NCBI RefSeq assembly: GCF_003918875.1 | Contig: NW_025766625.1 | Span: 62,001 to 126,000 of the forward strand | Direction: 5' to 3' | Length of the DNA: 64,000 nucleotides | Origin: Haliotis rubra | Taxonomy: Eukaryota | Shown: positions 12,501 through 27,500 of the stretch, piece by piece | How positions within the stretch are numbered: the stretch's first letter is position 1 | Layout: each line of letters starts with the position of its first letter | Program-made: the position numbers and the translations under genes | Notes under the pieces: model-generated | The model's database searches: none | What the model saw: the letters and a program-made list of their open reading frames with translations, nothing else | Told to the model about the DNA's origin: nothing

Positions 12501-15500
12501 GGTAATACATGTTGACCTGATACAGCTTTAAATATTGGTAACTACATCATACCCAAATTTACTCTCTTATGTGATTTCTGTATTTTACGACTGTCAAAGA
12601 TTTTTCACAGACTTGTCATAGCCTTGCCACAGACTTTTCACAGACTTGTCACAGAGTTGTCACAGACTTACCACAGACATTTCATAGCCTTGCATGCGGT
12701 TTGGTGCTACTGTGAATATCTATAATGATATAACTACTAGTGTTGGGAATTGGTTGAAATCCCACAACTGATGATTGCTTCATTACCAACGAGAAATCAT
12801 CGAAAAAACTTGGTTAGCGTCATATCTCAGATTTTTCTTTCCAGGTTGTTATTGCAGATAAGTATAACATGATGTAACTTGCTACTTTAAAGTGATGATT
12901 AATATATCATGAACAGAAACTTCCCAGAGTCTTCAACAAATATTAAGTCATGACTTTTCAGTTAGTGAAGTGAGTTTTCTAAGAATTAAACACATTTTCA
13001 GGCCCTGACAACTTCGAAGATATGTTTCATCGACAAGAGTTTCAAAGACTAAAACAGTAGTTCCAAAATCGTTTGTGTTCGATTATGAGAAAATGTGATC
13101 GATTGCTTGATCGTTTGGTCACTGCGACCAATCTTCGATTATTCACTTAATCGGAACACCACTAATAACTACACATCTGGTGCTTTGAACTTCCCCAGCC
13201 AAGGAAACCAAGCAGCTCCAGCATCTCTGTGTTGCTGAGATGACGCACACTTTTCCAGGTACTATAATGTTTTGGATAACAATCACCATGGTAATCTTGT
13301 TTTCAGATTGACTGTCGGGAACTGCGTCAGAGCAGCCCTCTCTCTCAGGTTGTCCCTCCTAAGTCTCGTGCCACCATTCCCATCCTCTTCGAGTCCAACA
13401 GTAAAGGAAAGTTTCAGAGGTAGGTCATAGCACATTAGTGTGAGGTTCCCATTAATATGATAAACTTTTTATCTTTATTCTCAGAAACACCACTCTTTAT
13501 ATAAGAGACAGGAATTGACTGTGAGCATAAAAATGTCACCATGTTCTGACAAAGATTAACCTCATACGGGAAACAGAAACTAAAAGGGATGTTTGTGATC
13601 ACATTCCATTCCTAGTGTGTTTTTGATAGAGAGGTTTGATGTAATAGATGACTACTAGCGCTATATCAAGATTGTAACCTTTTAGTTGAGGGAACAAAGG
13701 ACATGGTGAAGCCAAGGCCTCAGCTCTCGCAACAGTACTCTTATATCCTGATTACGTACTGGCACAATCTATGTATCTTATCTATCTTAGAGTACAGGCA
13801 AATCCTTGAGCTCCTTCAACTAAACACATCACAAACTCAAATTAACCTAAAGTTTATGATCATTTTCTCTATGCAAGTCATGCAATAACGTGTTCTCACA
13901 AAATGAGCATCGCTCTCCCTCACCAAGGATCAGCCATGTTTTTGAGATGTAACTATGTGTATATTTTCCGTGTGTGTCAGGTCAGTGATGTACACTGTGA
14001 ACGGCTTCTACAAGCACCATGTGACAGTGGTGGCAGATGTGGGACCGGTAACCCTCCAGCTGTCCACAGAAGACCTGCTTCTCAAGCCCACCCCGGGGCT
14101 GCCAGCTGATGCAGGTACTGTAGCTCACCCTCCCTGTGGCAGAGGCAGATGATGTTGTTGCTTATTGCTGCTCATACCATCAACTGGGGTGGTGTGGTAG
14201 CCTAGTGTTTAAAGCATTTGCTCATCATGCCGAAGACCCAGATTTTATTCCCCACATGGGTATAATGTGTTAAGCCATATCTGGTGGCCTCCGCCATGAT
14301 ATTGCTGGAATATTGCTAAAAGCGGCGTAAAACCATACTCACTCATACTATCAACCATCAGTTTGCCTGGCCCAAATTGGTATATTTACAGGCAGCCATT
14401 TTGTTGTCCTCTACCTTGGTACGTCAGCAATATTGATTACTAATGTTATTGCCTCTTTGCTATCTATACTCAACATGCATACTAATCATTGATGATATAC
14501 TGATTGTTGCTGTACCTAAACACTCAAGGTTACCGTGGTGTGGTGACCCTGCACAACCCCCTCAACTACCCCGCAGAGTTCACCTGGTCCCCCAACCTGG
14601 GAGAAAAGGGCACTGCTTTCTCCATCAGACCAGCCACAGGTAGGTTCACTTGAGTTTCATATATAAAATAATTATGTCTTCTGTGTGTTTCTTTTTGACA
14701 GTATGTTACCAAGTTATGCTGTTTTGTTTTAGGTACGGTGGATGCCTTCAGTGACCTTGACTGTGAGGTTGTGTGGCATCCCTCCTTCATGGCTCCAGAG
14801 GATGGCTCCTTCACACTGATGCTCCTCAATGGCAACCCATTACAGTTCCGATGTCTGGCACAGGTGGGCGCATGCTTCATAGACAGCACCCTCCAGCCAA
14901 CACAGATCACTGAATGCACAACACATCACTGCATGCACAACACACACCACTGCATTCCAAACACACATCCCTGCATCCTGGACTCATGCCATTGCATTTT
15001 GGATACATGTCATTCCATTATTGACACATGTCATTGCATTATTGACACATGTCATTCCATTATTGACACATGTCATTCCATTATTGACACATGTCATTCC
15101 ATTATTGATACATGTCACTGCATTATTGACACGTCATTCCATTATTGACACATGTCATTCCATTATTGACACATGTCATTCCATTATTGATACATGTCAC
15201 TGCATTATTGACACATGTCATTCCATTATTGACACATGTCATTCCATTATTGACACATGTCACTGCATTCTGAACACTTCACTGAATTCTGGACACGTCA
15301 CCTCATTCTGAGCACACATCACATCATGCTCACAGCATTGTACACAATTGTTCACACTCAACACGCTATGATGCACGAGCAATACACTATGCTCCATGCT
15401 CTGCACACAACTAAACTCACTCCACTCAATTGTTAACACACTAAGCTCCCAACTCAAGACACTACATTGAACACACTACACTGCTTGCTCAAACCTTTTA

Positions 15501-18500
15501 TGAACCATTTTCGAATGTTATGTTTTGTTGATGTCATTATTTTGTTTTTTCTACAAATAAATTGGCTCCAGACTTAAATACATCCATGCTCAAAATCAAT
15601 AACTTGGTTGCATTTACATTTTAGCTTGGCAACAGCTCGGTTCAGTTTGTGGAACGAAGGGTAATGTTCGGCCAGGTTCCAGTAAACCTGACTACCACCA
15701 GGACAGCCCTGCTGCACAATGCTGGTCAAAACCATGCTTTCTTCCAGGTCAGAACACAAGAGTGTACACACATACACACAGTCACACAAAATGTAAATTC
15801 AGGCCAACATTTTCAAACAACTGTATGTTAACATTATACTCTACTGAATACTGTTCCAAAGTATATTCAAGCAGTGACTTTCAAATGAATATGATACTTT
15901 TGAATACTGTCAAGACAATGACAAAAGGTATGCATATCTTTTGTCTCTGCAAGACTTCAATGTAGATTGTTATACCAAGTCCCATTCCTTTGTGCTAAAA
16001 TGTTTGTAAATCCTGTACAGTTGCATTGAATATCAACTTATGGCTAAGACCACATTGTTGAAGAGGGCGCTGGAATCAGCCATAACTTGAAAACAACTGA
16101 CAAGTGGGAGGATGCAATATTTCCCTTGGCTGACCATTAGTGCCGTGTCCTGGAGGTTGTGCATCCCTATGTATGCTCTGTGTACAGGTCCTGGACCCCA
16201 ACCCTTTCCCTGGGCTCACCGTGAGTCCGGTCCATGGCGTGGTGCCTGTGGGAGGAACAGCTGAGTTGCGGGTGTCGCTGACCCCAGACGCTGTGCTGAA
16301 GTTCGACACGCGGGTCCAGCTGGCCATCAAGGGTGGGAAGACCATTGATCTGAGAATGGGTGGGACAGTGGAGCCTCCAAGTGTCGACATCAGCATGGTA
16401 CGTCATTTTCACAAGTCAGGAATAGCAAGATAGTTTGACATCATTGTCACTGTATTTGTGTAATCGTTGGAACATGAATAGTGTTTCCTTTATAGAGGAT
16501 AAGTATATAGCATATTAGAAGCTTTAGTTTCAGTGGAGACAGAAATGACTTGGGGATTTCAACAAGCAAGTGATAAAGACAATAGCATCTGTAGAATCAG
16601 AATGGGAGCTTGTGGTTAAAGCAATTATAGGCTTAAACATTCCCTCTGGGTTGTGTAGCCTTTTCCTCCTTCTTGTGGTTAAAGTGTTAATAACAAAGGG
16701 AAGTAATCCTTACTTAGATAACACGTCCCGCTTTGATTAGACCTTTGGCAGTTCGATTCTGTACTCACATAGGTACAACATGTGAAGCTATTTCTGGTGT
16801 CCCCCACCGTGATTTAGCTGGAATATTGCTAAACGCAGTGTAAAACCATACTCAGTCAGTGTAGCTGAATGTTGCATTGACAAAAATAAAGAAGTTGAAA
16901 TTCGTAAGATAATTATATGTTCATACATACAGAGCATTAATGATAGACATGCTGTAATTACTACTGTGTACCATATACATGTTTGATCTATAGACCAAGA
17001 TAAATCCATATATCATGATAACCAGATGTACATTTGTCTACTTCAGTATTTTGATGTTTGGGAACCTACAGAATTTTAGATGCATCATCTAATTCAGCTG
17101 TTATGTGGAATCAACTATGATTGACAAAGAACTAGAGCTTGAGTTTACATTGGATATCGATGAAAGGCTAAACTAGAGCAGCTTGTATTGTGCCGACATC
17201 ACCTGGTAGTTATTGGTCGTGGGATGTCTGTGTTACAGCCTTCCTTCAACTTCGGTGGCGTGTACTGCGGATCAGGATCCACCATACAGTTCCAGCTCCT
17301 CAACAAGGTAACTCTTCGCCCAGTGTGCTGACCTGTGGGGACCAGGGTAAAACTGGTTCCTGCCTGGTCTTAGAGGCAACTTAAAGGCCGGACATTTCAT
17401 GCTCATTGACTTAAGTGTCATCATACTCTGACAGCAGGGGTGGCTGTTCTTAATATCAATCACTGGAATGTCTGGTCCTTTCTTGATTACTGCTGGCCAC
17501 TGTAGGTTGGAATGCTGCTTAGAGTGGTGTTAAACAACAAGTAAACCAAATACATGTGTGATTGTGTGTGTCACATGTGTGATTGTGTGTCATGTGTGAT
17601 TGTGTGTATCACATGTGTGATTGTGTGACATTGTACCCGATTTAGGTGAATTGTTGCTCATTCAGTATACAGCTGGATTATTTACTGTCCGCTTTGTAAT
17701 GGTTGAAATGTTTGTGACTGGTGTAGGACAGCAGGTACCTACTCATTTTGCTGATTAACTGGGCACAGGGAGCTGAAATGATCTGTTAATTTGCAGTAGA
17801 TAATGAAGGCCTGATAGTTCAATGCTTTTCAAATTGTTTTTCTTGACTGGGTTGAGAGTGTTTGTTTACGACCCATGTTGGATCTTGAACAGGTGTAGAG
17901 AGACTTACCCAAAAGATGCAAGTTAACATGAAGTGACACCTGAATCATCTCTGACATTTTTATCATTGCTGTTTCTGTCCATCTAAGCTAGTTGTATTAT
18001 GATAATGTACACCAGCGGAGGTGTTCACATTTGTCTTTATGTTGTATTATGGTGTAGACTGTCACCAAGGCAAAGATGGAGTTCGACCTGACACGCTTCA
18101 AGGACTTCACGCTGGCCTTCCCAGGATTCCAGACTCAAGGTCAGTGTCAAGGTCATTCTAGCAACTGAAGCACAGCAACCACGAGTCAGAGATTAACTGA
18201 AATTCTGCTGGTCATTACTATGAACCTCAGTTGATGTACCACCTGACCTCTTTTGACCCATCACACATATGGATATAATCTGTGTCCTTTCACATAGCAT
18301 GGTCAGTAGGGTAGTTACCATCTGGACTGAATGGAGCTTTCACTGAAAAGATGAAACAAAGAGCCTCCAAATATTTTTTAACCTAATGTTGTTCCTATGA
18401 ACTCTGTTGTGTACTATTCAACATCCTAAACAGAGCAATACATGAAGATCTGGGTTAGAATTGGTCTTCCATACACCCTTGCCTATGATAAAAGTTGACT

Positions 18501-21500
18501 AACAAGATCCGGTGGTCAGGCTTGCTGACTTGATAGATGTCAATCACTGATCTGTCTGGGTTGATCCAGTCCAGACTCAGTTATTTACAGACTGCTGTCA
18601 TATGGCTGGAAAATAGCTGAGTTCAGTTTCAGCAAGCAGAAGAACATTCATTGAATGTTTTAAATTTTTTTTAATGACTTATAACTATTCTGTGGCATAG
18701 CTATTCCTGATATCAACTATTATTCTAATGCATAGCTATTTCTGATATAAGCTATTCTATGTCATAGCTATTCCTGATATCAACTATTGTGTGGCATAGG
18801 TATTCTTGATATAAGCTATTCTATGGCATAGCTATTCCTGATATCAACTATTCTATGGCATAGCTATTCCTGATATAAGCTATTCCATGGCATAGCTATT
18901 CTTGATATCAACTATTCTATGACATAGCTATTCTTGATATAAGCTATTCTATGGCATAGCTATTCCTGATATAAGCTATTCTATGGCATAGCTATTCCTG
19001 ATATAAGCTATTCCATGGCATAGCTATTCTTGATATCAACTATTCCATGACATAGCTATTCTTGATATAAGCTATTCTATGGCATAGCTATTCCTGATAT
19101 CAACTATTATTCTATGGCATAGCTGTTCCTGATATTGACTATTCTATGGCATAGCTATTCCTGATATCAACTATTCTATGGCATAGCTATTCCTGATATC
19201 AGCTATTCCATGGCATAGCTGTTCCTGATATAAGCTATTCTATCGCATTGCTATTCCTGATATCAACTATTCCATGGCATAGCTGTTCCTGATATCAACC
19301 ATTCTATGGCATAGCTATTCCTGATATAAGCTATTCTATCGCATTGCTATTCCTGATATCAACTATTCCATGACATAGTTATTTTTTGATATCAACTATT
19401 CTATGGCATAGCTATTCCTGATATCAGCTGTTCCATGGCATAGCTATTCCTGATATCAATTATTCCACGGCATAGCTATTCCTGATATCAACTACTGTAT
19501 GACAATGCAGATGACTACAACTACCAGATGATGAACCAAGGGATGTATTCGGTGACGCTGGGTCCGGAGGAGACTGTGCCAGGGGAGATAACCTTCATGC
19601 CCACAGAGGTAGGAAATTGCTCTTCTTGCCACATTTTGAAGCTCAGTAACAAAGTTCCACAGATACTCCTTCAGTTTTAAACATTTCTTTTTCTTCATGC
19701 TGTCTGTTATCTAAAGTAACAGTTCCTTAGTGAGGTGATTGAGTTAACCGGTTAAGTTATCTTTGAAATAAGTTTTCATAGGATTAACATGTCTTTTGGG
19801 GGCGAAAAAATAATTTTTCTTACTTCTAATTTATACTACAAACAAAAAGTTTAAGAACACCCTAAAATTTGATAGTCATATATCATTGATACTCTAAGGT
19901 AAATGTAACTTTTTGTGTGCTTAATGGGCACTTCAAACGACATGTTAGAGCATGCAGTGAAGCAACTGATTCAATATTCATTGAGTTTGAGCAAAATGAA
20001 ACATTGTCAAAAACAGCAAACAAACAAGGGTGCTGAAACACACCAGCACCGTGTTTGATTCAAACGCCCAAACACAACAGCCTAGTGCATGTGGAAGACA
20101 GACTTCCCATGCAGCTTGTGGCAACGTTTCCTTTAAAAGAAGCTACAGACATTATTGAAGCCTCACAACTTCTTCACCATGCCACAGTGCAGACCATGAC
20201 AGAAGCAAGGCCATTGCATGGTTACAGGATGGTGAAGAAGTGTTGCTCGCCGTCTTCAGGTGCCATCTCTGTCATTCATAAACTGAGGTACAGGTTCCAG
20301 GCCACTGGTAGAGTACAGGGCAGATCTCGCTCTGGAACATCCAGAAAAACATCAAGGGCAGATGACCGATATGTTATGCTCCAAGCCCTTGAAAACCGAT
20401 TCACAACTGCCAGTGCCCAGTTGCCACAAGCTGCAAGGGAAGTCTGTCTTCCACATGCACTAGGCTGTTGTGTTTGGGCATTTGAATCAAACACGGTGCT
20501 GGTGTGTTTCAGCACCCTTGTTTTCACTGTTTTTGACATTGTTTCATTTCACTCAAACTCAACGAATATTGAATCAGTTGCTTCACTGCATGCTCTAATA
20601 TGTCGTTTGAAGTGCCCATTAAGCACACAAAAAGTTACATTTACCTTAGAGTATAATGACCTCACCAAGTATAAGTTTATATATGACTATCAAATTTTAG
20701 GGTGTTCCCATACTTTTTGTTTGTAGTATATGTTGTGGTCCTGGACCAATTTGAAAACATGTTAGTAATGATAATAGAGACACCTTACCTGTGTTTCTCT
20801 CTTCAGGTGGCTGCATACGACTTTGTGATGCCATGTGTCATCAATCATGTGGGTGCCCCCCACCCTGCCCCCACACCTTTCCCTCCTACCCCAGCCCCCC
20901 TCCCAGAAGAACAGTCTACAGCACATCATCAACCCCCGGCCCCAGCCATTTATGGTTGTCACACCCAGGAAGCATGTCATAGCCACAGCTCTGCGGCAGC
21001 CGTTACAGCTATCCCAGAACAGGATAGAGTTCTTCCTTCCTGCTAGCATGCATGAGCTGTACAAGAATACAGGCATCGGAGAATCAAAGGTAGGGATCAG
21101 ATTGTCTTTACTGAAACACAGTGCTTGGCTATATATCTGCTTTATTGTATATTATGCTAATTGTTAAGTGGCTACATCAGTTTATGCTATTGTTTCATAA
21201 TGTGTGTTCCCAAACTTGTTACAGAAACCAAAAACAAAATATTTGAAAATGTGTCCAAACGTATTCATTCAAACTCATTATTTCGAAAAGAAAACCTTTG
21301 TTTGTATTTCTGTTTCAACTATTAGTCTCGGGGCCATTGTGCAGAGTTGCATCCCTTAGGTTTTCAAGGATCCTATGATCTAAAGTGTTTGAATCCCAGA
21401 TTTGCCCTGTTATGTTCTAGGTTTGTCAGCACCATACCTGAGCTTGTGTGTTTCACTAAAGTCGTAAATCACTGGTATCATGTGTGGCTTTCCTCCCTTA

Positions 21501-24500
21501 TTGAGCTGACAAGCCATGACATAACTGAAAGTTCAGTTTGACATTAACCTAGACTCACTCACTCACTCACTCACTATATGTAACTAGTAAGACCAGTTGG
21601 TTGTAGATGTGTATTAGCTCCCATACCCTTATGTCCTTCCATTTCTGTTCACAGACACGTGTCAAGGTATATATATCACAGATTTCAGTTTGGTGACTGA
21701 TGGTTTTGCATGAGCACTGATACCAGTTTAAAGAAGATATTGGAAGCTGGATTTATATCATTGTTTCACTATTTTACTTCCACAAAACTCTCTTGCACTT
21801 AAATCCACAACTAATATAATAGCTATAACATTTTAAAATGATATATTGTTTTCATTATAAAGCTATTAATGAAAGAAATACATATTAAAATGATGATTTT
21901 TTCCCAAGAATTTGAAGTTCCTATTAGAACAATGGAGTTGTATGCCTGTTTTATGCCATGTCTGCCAAGATTGGAGGCGAGGTCAAATAGACAGCAGATT
22001 TTACATTCCTGTACGAGGGCTGTTCAATAAGTAATGGCAACAAGAGTGTAAAAACATACTGCATTAACATACATCATTCCTTGGCTGTCTATAATCTCTC
22101 TGAGTTGAGAAATCACTGTTTTTGTCTTGTGGGACTGCCAGCCAGCATTGTCATGAAGTGAAGAGCAGGTCGGGACGACATTGTTCCCGTCTCAGGTTGC
22201 TTCTTTTCCATAGCTTCAACCATCTTGGGGAGGACAGTGTTGCAGTAGTAAGTGCCAGTAACAGTACTCTTCACAGGCAGGATATCAACAAGTACTGGCC
22301 CTTCATAGTTGAAAAATATGGAAAAAAGTCTCTTCCTGCTCTGAAATCCTGGCTTGGCCACCACTGGATGCTGATTTTCCTTACCCATCCACACATGTAT
22401 GATCCCCAGGGAGTTGAGATTGACAATACGATGTGCCGTTGAGATTGACATCCAGTGAACGAGGGAAAAACAAAGCGACTTTGAGCAGCTCAGCTGTTGG
22501 GGATACCATAAAAGTAGATCCAAGTCTCATCACCAGTGACAATGTCTGTGAGCCGCTTTGGTCCATTTGGTTCCAACATATTTAATATTTATACACAGTT
22601 GAATGTGGATCCTCGTTGTTTCTGTTCAAGGGTCAGCACATGAGGTCCCCAACGAGCACAAATCTTCCTAAACTTCAAATGGTCATGAAGGATTGAGTGG
22701 GTAGATCTAAGTGATATGTCCAATGATGAACTAATTTCATCTTCATCAATGCATTTCTGGACAATTGTCATTACCTCTTCGTTCATAACTGATTTTGGAT
22801 GTCCTGAGCGGTGTTCATGATTAAAATCTCTCAACCATCTAGCAACTGTCCTATATGATGGAGCTTGGTCCCCACACACATTAACCAAATCTACATGGAT
22901 TTTGGTCACATCTTCAGAAAACTGTGATCTCATGAAGACATAGAAGTGAAGGTTCTCCTTGCTGAACTCCATCTTTTTTAATCACAGTTATGACATCATC
23001 ACATTGTGACATCATAACCACTTTTCATATTAGATATGACATCACAAAATTTAGTCAGGTGGTTAGAACTCATCTGAGGCTTTCCATAGATGCTAAATGT
23101 GCAGGGGTTATATTTGATATATAGATATGATAATGGCATTGCCATTATTTGTTGAACGGCCCTCGTACTTTCTGAATAAGCAAATGGGGGATTGAAAGAG
23201 AAAAAGACAAAACAACTTCATTGCTTTAATGTGAACTTTTGATTCCAGTGATACATTTACTTGTGCTGAAAATAGCTTGATGACAGGTTCAACAGTTCCA
23301 CCTCTCTAACTGTTCTGTATCATGCTTGATTCAGTCACAGGTCGCCATTACAGTGATGTTGTAATACTGACAGTGACATAAAACAACATTCACTCATACT
23401 AATGTCATGCACTTGAATCCCTTTGTGTCATCATGCACTGTCCTTTATCATTTTACCACTTTAACATTTCACTACATTTCAAAATTGGTCTTCAGTAACA
23501 GATTCTTGTCCTGAGACGTGATGGACAGGATCAGATGGTCAGGTTCACTGACTTAGACTTTGCACAACATCCCACTCATGATGCTCATGACGTCAGTCAC
23601 TGATTGTCTGGTCCAGCCTTTAGCCGGGTTACAATATTGATCTTCAGTAACCCATGCTTGTTGTAAGAGGCGACTAACGGGATTGGGTGGTCAGGCTCGC
23701 CAACTTGGTTGACCCATGTCATCGGTTCCCAAGTGCACAGATTGATGCTCATACCGTTGATCACTGGATTGTCTGGTCCAGACTCAATTATTTACAGACC
23801 GCCGTCAAATAGCTGGAATATTGCTGAGTGCGGCGTAAAACTAAACTCACTCACTCACTGGTCCAGACTTGATTGTTTACATATCACTGTGTTGAATATC
23901 ACAGCTTGAATGTTGCTGAGTCAAGTGTTAAGCAACAAACTGACAAATTTAACAAGTCATGACCGATATCTGAACATATCATTCATGCATTGTCATGTAT
24001 AGTTTTGATACATGACTAGTCCATCATTCAGTACACCACTAATCATGAGGTGTATTGACTGTATTGATACACAATGCATGTATAGTCACCATGTCAAGTT
24101 TCTATGGTTTTAAATGTATTTTTTTTTAAATATTTTTTTTATTATATGTATACTTCTGAAAAAAAACCAGTTACATAACACCCACAGGTGGAAGGCTGTG
24201 TGTTGCAATAAGTCATGACAGATGGTGATTTGGTTGTATACTCCCCAGGAAGTTGGGAATATGAATATACACTGATCCTTAGAGATGGGTAAAATATGAC
24301 ATGTGCTTGGAGTTTGAATGTGGCACTGCTACTGCTAATCTTTGTCATTTTATTTATCATTCAGTTTATCATCACCTTTTCTTTAAATATCAATTAAATA
24401 TTCTTTTTGTATACAGACTTAATTAACTATCAGAACAGACCTAGATCTTCCAGATTACAAGGGTCTTCACTACACAACCTCCTCAACTACAGATCAAAAC

Positions 24501-27500
24501 TGATGGTGTTGTCTCTCTGCCCTTCTGTCTGTTGCATGTTGTCATACTATTGCAGCCTCTCATCATAGTAAACAACAGTCCTCGCAACATCAAGTGGGCA
24601 TTTGACCTGTCCAAGCCCACAAAGGCCCTGGAGGACGGGGCGCTAAAGTTCACCCATTCCTCTGGCGTACCATTCCTGAACCTACAGAACAAGCCGAGTC
24701 GGGGAATCGAGGGGGAGCTGGAGCCAGGCCAGACACAGGAGATCTCCGTCCACTTCTGTCCAGGTCAGTGTCAAGTAACAGATGAAAAGCTTGAGTACTC
24801 TGCAACCTGTATATTAATATGTCAATAATTTATTGATATCAAGAAATCTAATTAGTACTACTTTAAGACTGTAATGTAAAAGATCATATGTTTTGTTATC
24901 TGTGTGACCTTGTAGTTTCTGGGGACCAACTCTATGGTCTAGCGGATGGAGTGTATGACTGGGATAAGGACAGTCAGTGGTTCAAATCCCTGGCTACATC
25001 ATGCCCCAAACTGTTTAGGTGTGATTGTTGTAACCATTAAAGGTATGAAACAAGGATTGGCTGGATTGGAAGCAGTATACTGTCTGAGAGGGGTATCCAT
25101 ATTAAACTGCAACATGGTGTCCCTGAGTTCTAGCACAGTAAAACCAGGTTTAGTCAAGACTAGCACAAGCAGCCATACACATACAGATTGCTATAGAAGT
25201 CCGAGAATCTTGAGTGTGAGCTTAAACCCCCACCAACCCGGGCCCTCACTTCACCTTCCCCTACTGAGGGAGCAGTTATTGTAGAATGGGAACAGATTGT
25301 GCAGTTGTTCAAACTAACGAAAACACTTACATCATGTGATTTGCTTTTTCTACATCCCAGCAACTGTTGAACAGACAAAATAAACCATTGCCTCTGTCAG
25401 TTCAACCATACTTTGACTAAGGTTTCAGATGTTCAAAATCACAAATTCCTTCCACTCATTTCTAAAATCATCATCTCAATGGTGGGATGTTTCAATGTTG
25501 TGTATGTTACAGCTCAACCTGGCAAGATGGAGTGTCTGGTGCCTGTGGTCCTGGATGACTTGTGGGACAAGCCCTACCAGTACCTGCATATACTGGGGGA
25601 GCTGAAGGCGCCCCGGATCTGGTTTGACCCCCTGGCTATCTGCCTCACCCCTGTCCCCCTCACCACCGAAGTCGCTTGAATTCAACATCCTGGCCTCGCA
25701 GTACAGAGTGTAGGTTGATCTCCAATGATCTTAAATCTAAGAATGCCACAACTCAAACTGACATACCTTTTACATAGACTCAGGCCAGTGTTAGCATGTT
25801 GGAAATGTATTTTTATGTGGTCAACAAAGTAGTGCCAAGGCCTTCACAAATGTTCAGGGCTAGTCAACTCTCTCTCTCTATATATAAGTTCTCTTCTTTA
25901 TTATATACTGTATTTATCTCCAAAAATGTCAACTGATATAACCCAAGTGAAATAACATTTTATACCGGAACTATTTTCAGTCTGCTTCAATGTCAATGGT
26001 TTTCGTAGTAAGATCAGAAGATGAGTTATTACATAATAAACCGAACATTTGTCCTTGTCAATATTACGTGTTAATACCAGGTCAGTTTATAAAACATTTA
26101 CCTGGATGTAAATTGTACAGTGTGTGTGAAGTGTTCAAAGTTGAGAACGAAAGGCAAATAGTCCTTGTCAAAGCCATTATGCAGTGTTAGAGGGTAGCTA
26201 CATTCAAATACTAAAGCTTTAAACCTGAGGGATTCCAGGACTCTTTCATTTCTAATGGTGGTATCACTTGTATCTGAGCAGATCTGACACTCTGAGTTTC
26301 GAGCTCCCTGAGGTGGAGTGTGAAGATGGCAGCAAGATCAGTCCTCTCACTCTCCAGTTCTCTCAAGGTCAAGGTCAGTCACAGTGGAGCAAATAATTAG
26401 CCTTGTCTATAATCTACTGATCATTAAGTCTAAGGTTTAAAAGGACAAATAAACTGAATACAGTTATCCCTTTTGTTGCGAATATAAATTATATAATATT
26501 TTCAGAAGCAAAATTAATGTGCCACGAGTCAAACACCAGGAATCCATTTTCACCCCAGCAAGGGGAATAGGGAAAGAGTTTATCAGATGCCCTATTTATA
26601 CTATTACTGTTTTCCAGATATAAATTTGGGCAGGTGTTTGTTATTAGGTATACCCTGATGTACTAAGGTAATATAATCTTTAAAACTACTATGTTGATTT
26701 TAATTTCCCTTTAAAACTTACTTAAGCTAAACACTGAAAGGAAATCAAATATGTATGTTTTGTTATATTATGGTCTGAAAATATTCTCGTTTGTCATATG
26801 TTTCTTTTTCTTATTATATACAAATATGGTCTACTTTCATCTGATCCAGAAATCAAGCCTTGTGCAGGAGATGAGGGGCAGATTGACCCCTGTTGTATTC
26901 CCTGCAAGGTCACCTTTGTCAGCCCCAAACCGATCTCCTTTGCTCAGCCAATCATCTTCAAAGACACTGAGGGCAGAATGTAAGGGAGATAACTCTCTCT
27001 CTCTATATATATATATATGTTTCTTATAAGTCTTGATTCTTTATTTTCAGAGTGTTGGAGACTACTTTGAATTGGCATTTGTTACAATTCAATGCTACTT
27101 ACACACAAAATTCAGTTGTTCACAAAGAATAATGTAATTTAAAATCTACCATTTGAATATTTGACTTTCTTGCTGTATTGGCTACTCATGCTATATTACA
27201 TCATTAACTTGATGTTTTAGTACCTGTCAGTACAGATTTGCTGCATGGTCAAGTGACTTCATGTCTTTACCTCTTGGTTCACCTTGGTTCCCAGGTTTCC
27301 CCTGATGGTGACGGCATCGTCGGACAACAGCCTGATGACCTGCTACCCATTCCTGGCTCTCCATCGCAGTGACCATCAGATAGTCTGTGAAAATGTACTT
27401 CGATCTATTCTGTGTTAAAAGAGGGACTATGCTGTACATGGTGTATCTTTCACAGCCCATTTGCCGGCAAGGTCCAGATGGTGTTGTGTCATGTTTGAAA

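Noticed and set aside
10628-12505. Long repetitive ORFs on both strands (up to 623 aa)
   Set aside because: By-products of a 36-bp unit lacking stops in several frames; intronic, no independent gene signals.
14185-14262. tRNA gene
   Set aside because: The tRNA-like head continues into a SINE body and tail with a TSD; the B box is degenerate.
20895-20900. Programmed ribosomal frameshifting
   Set aside because: The six indels are heterogeneous, two lie in homopolymers and no shared slippery signal is seen; sequencing error is simpler.
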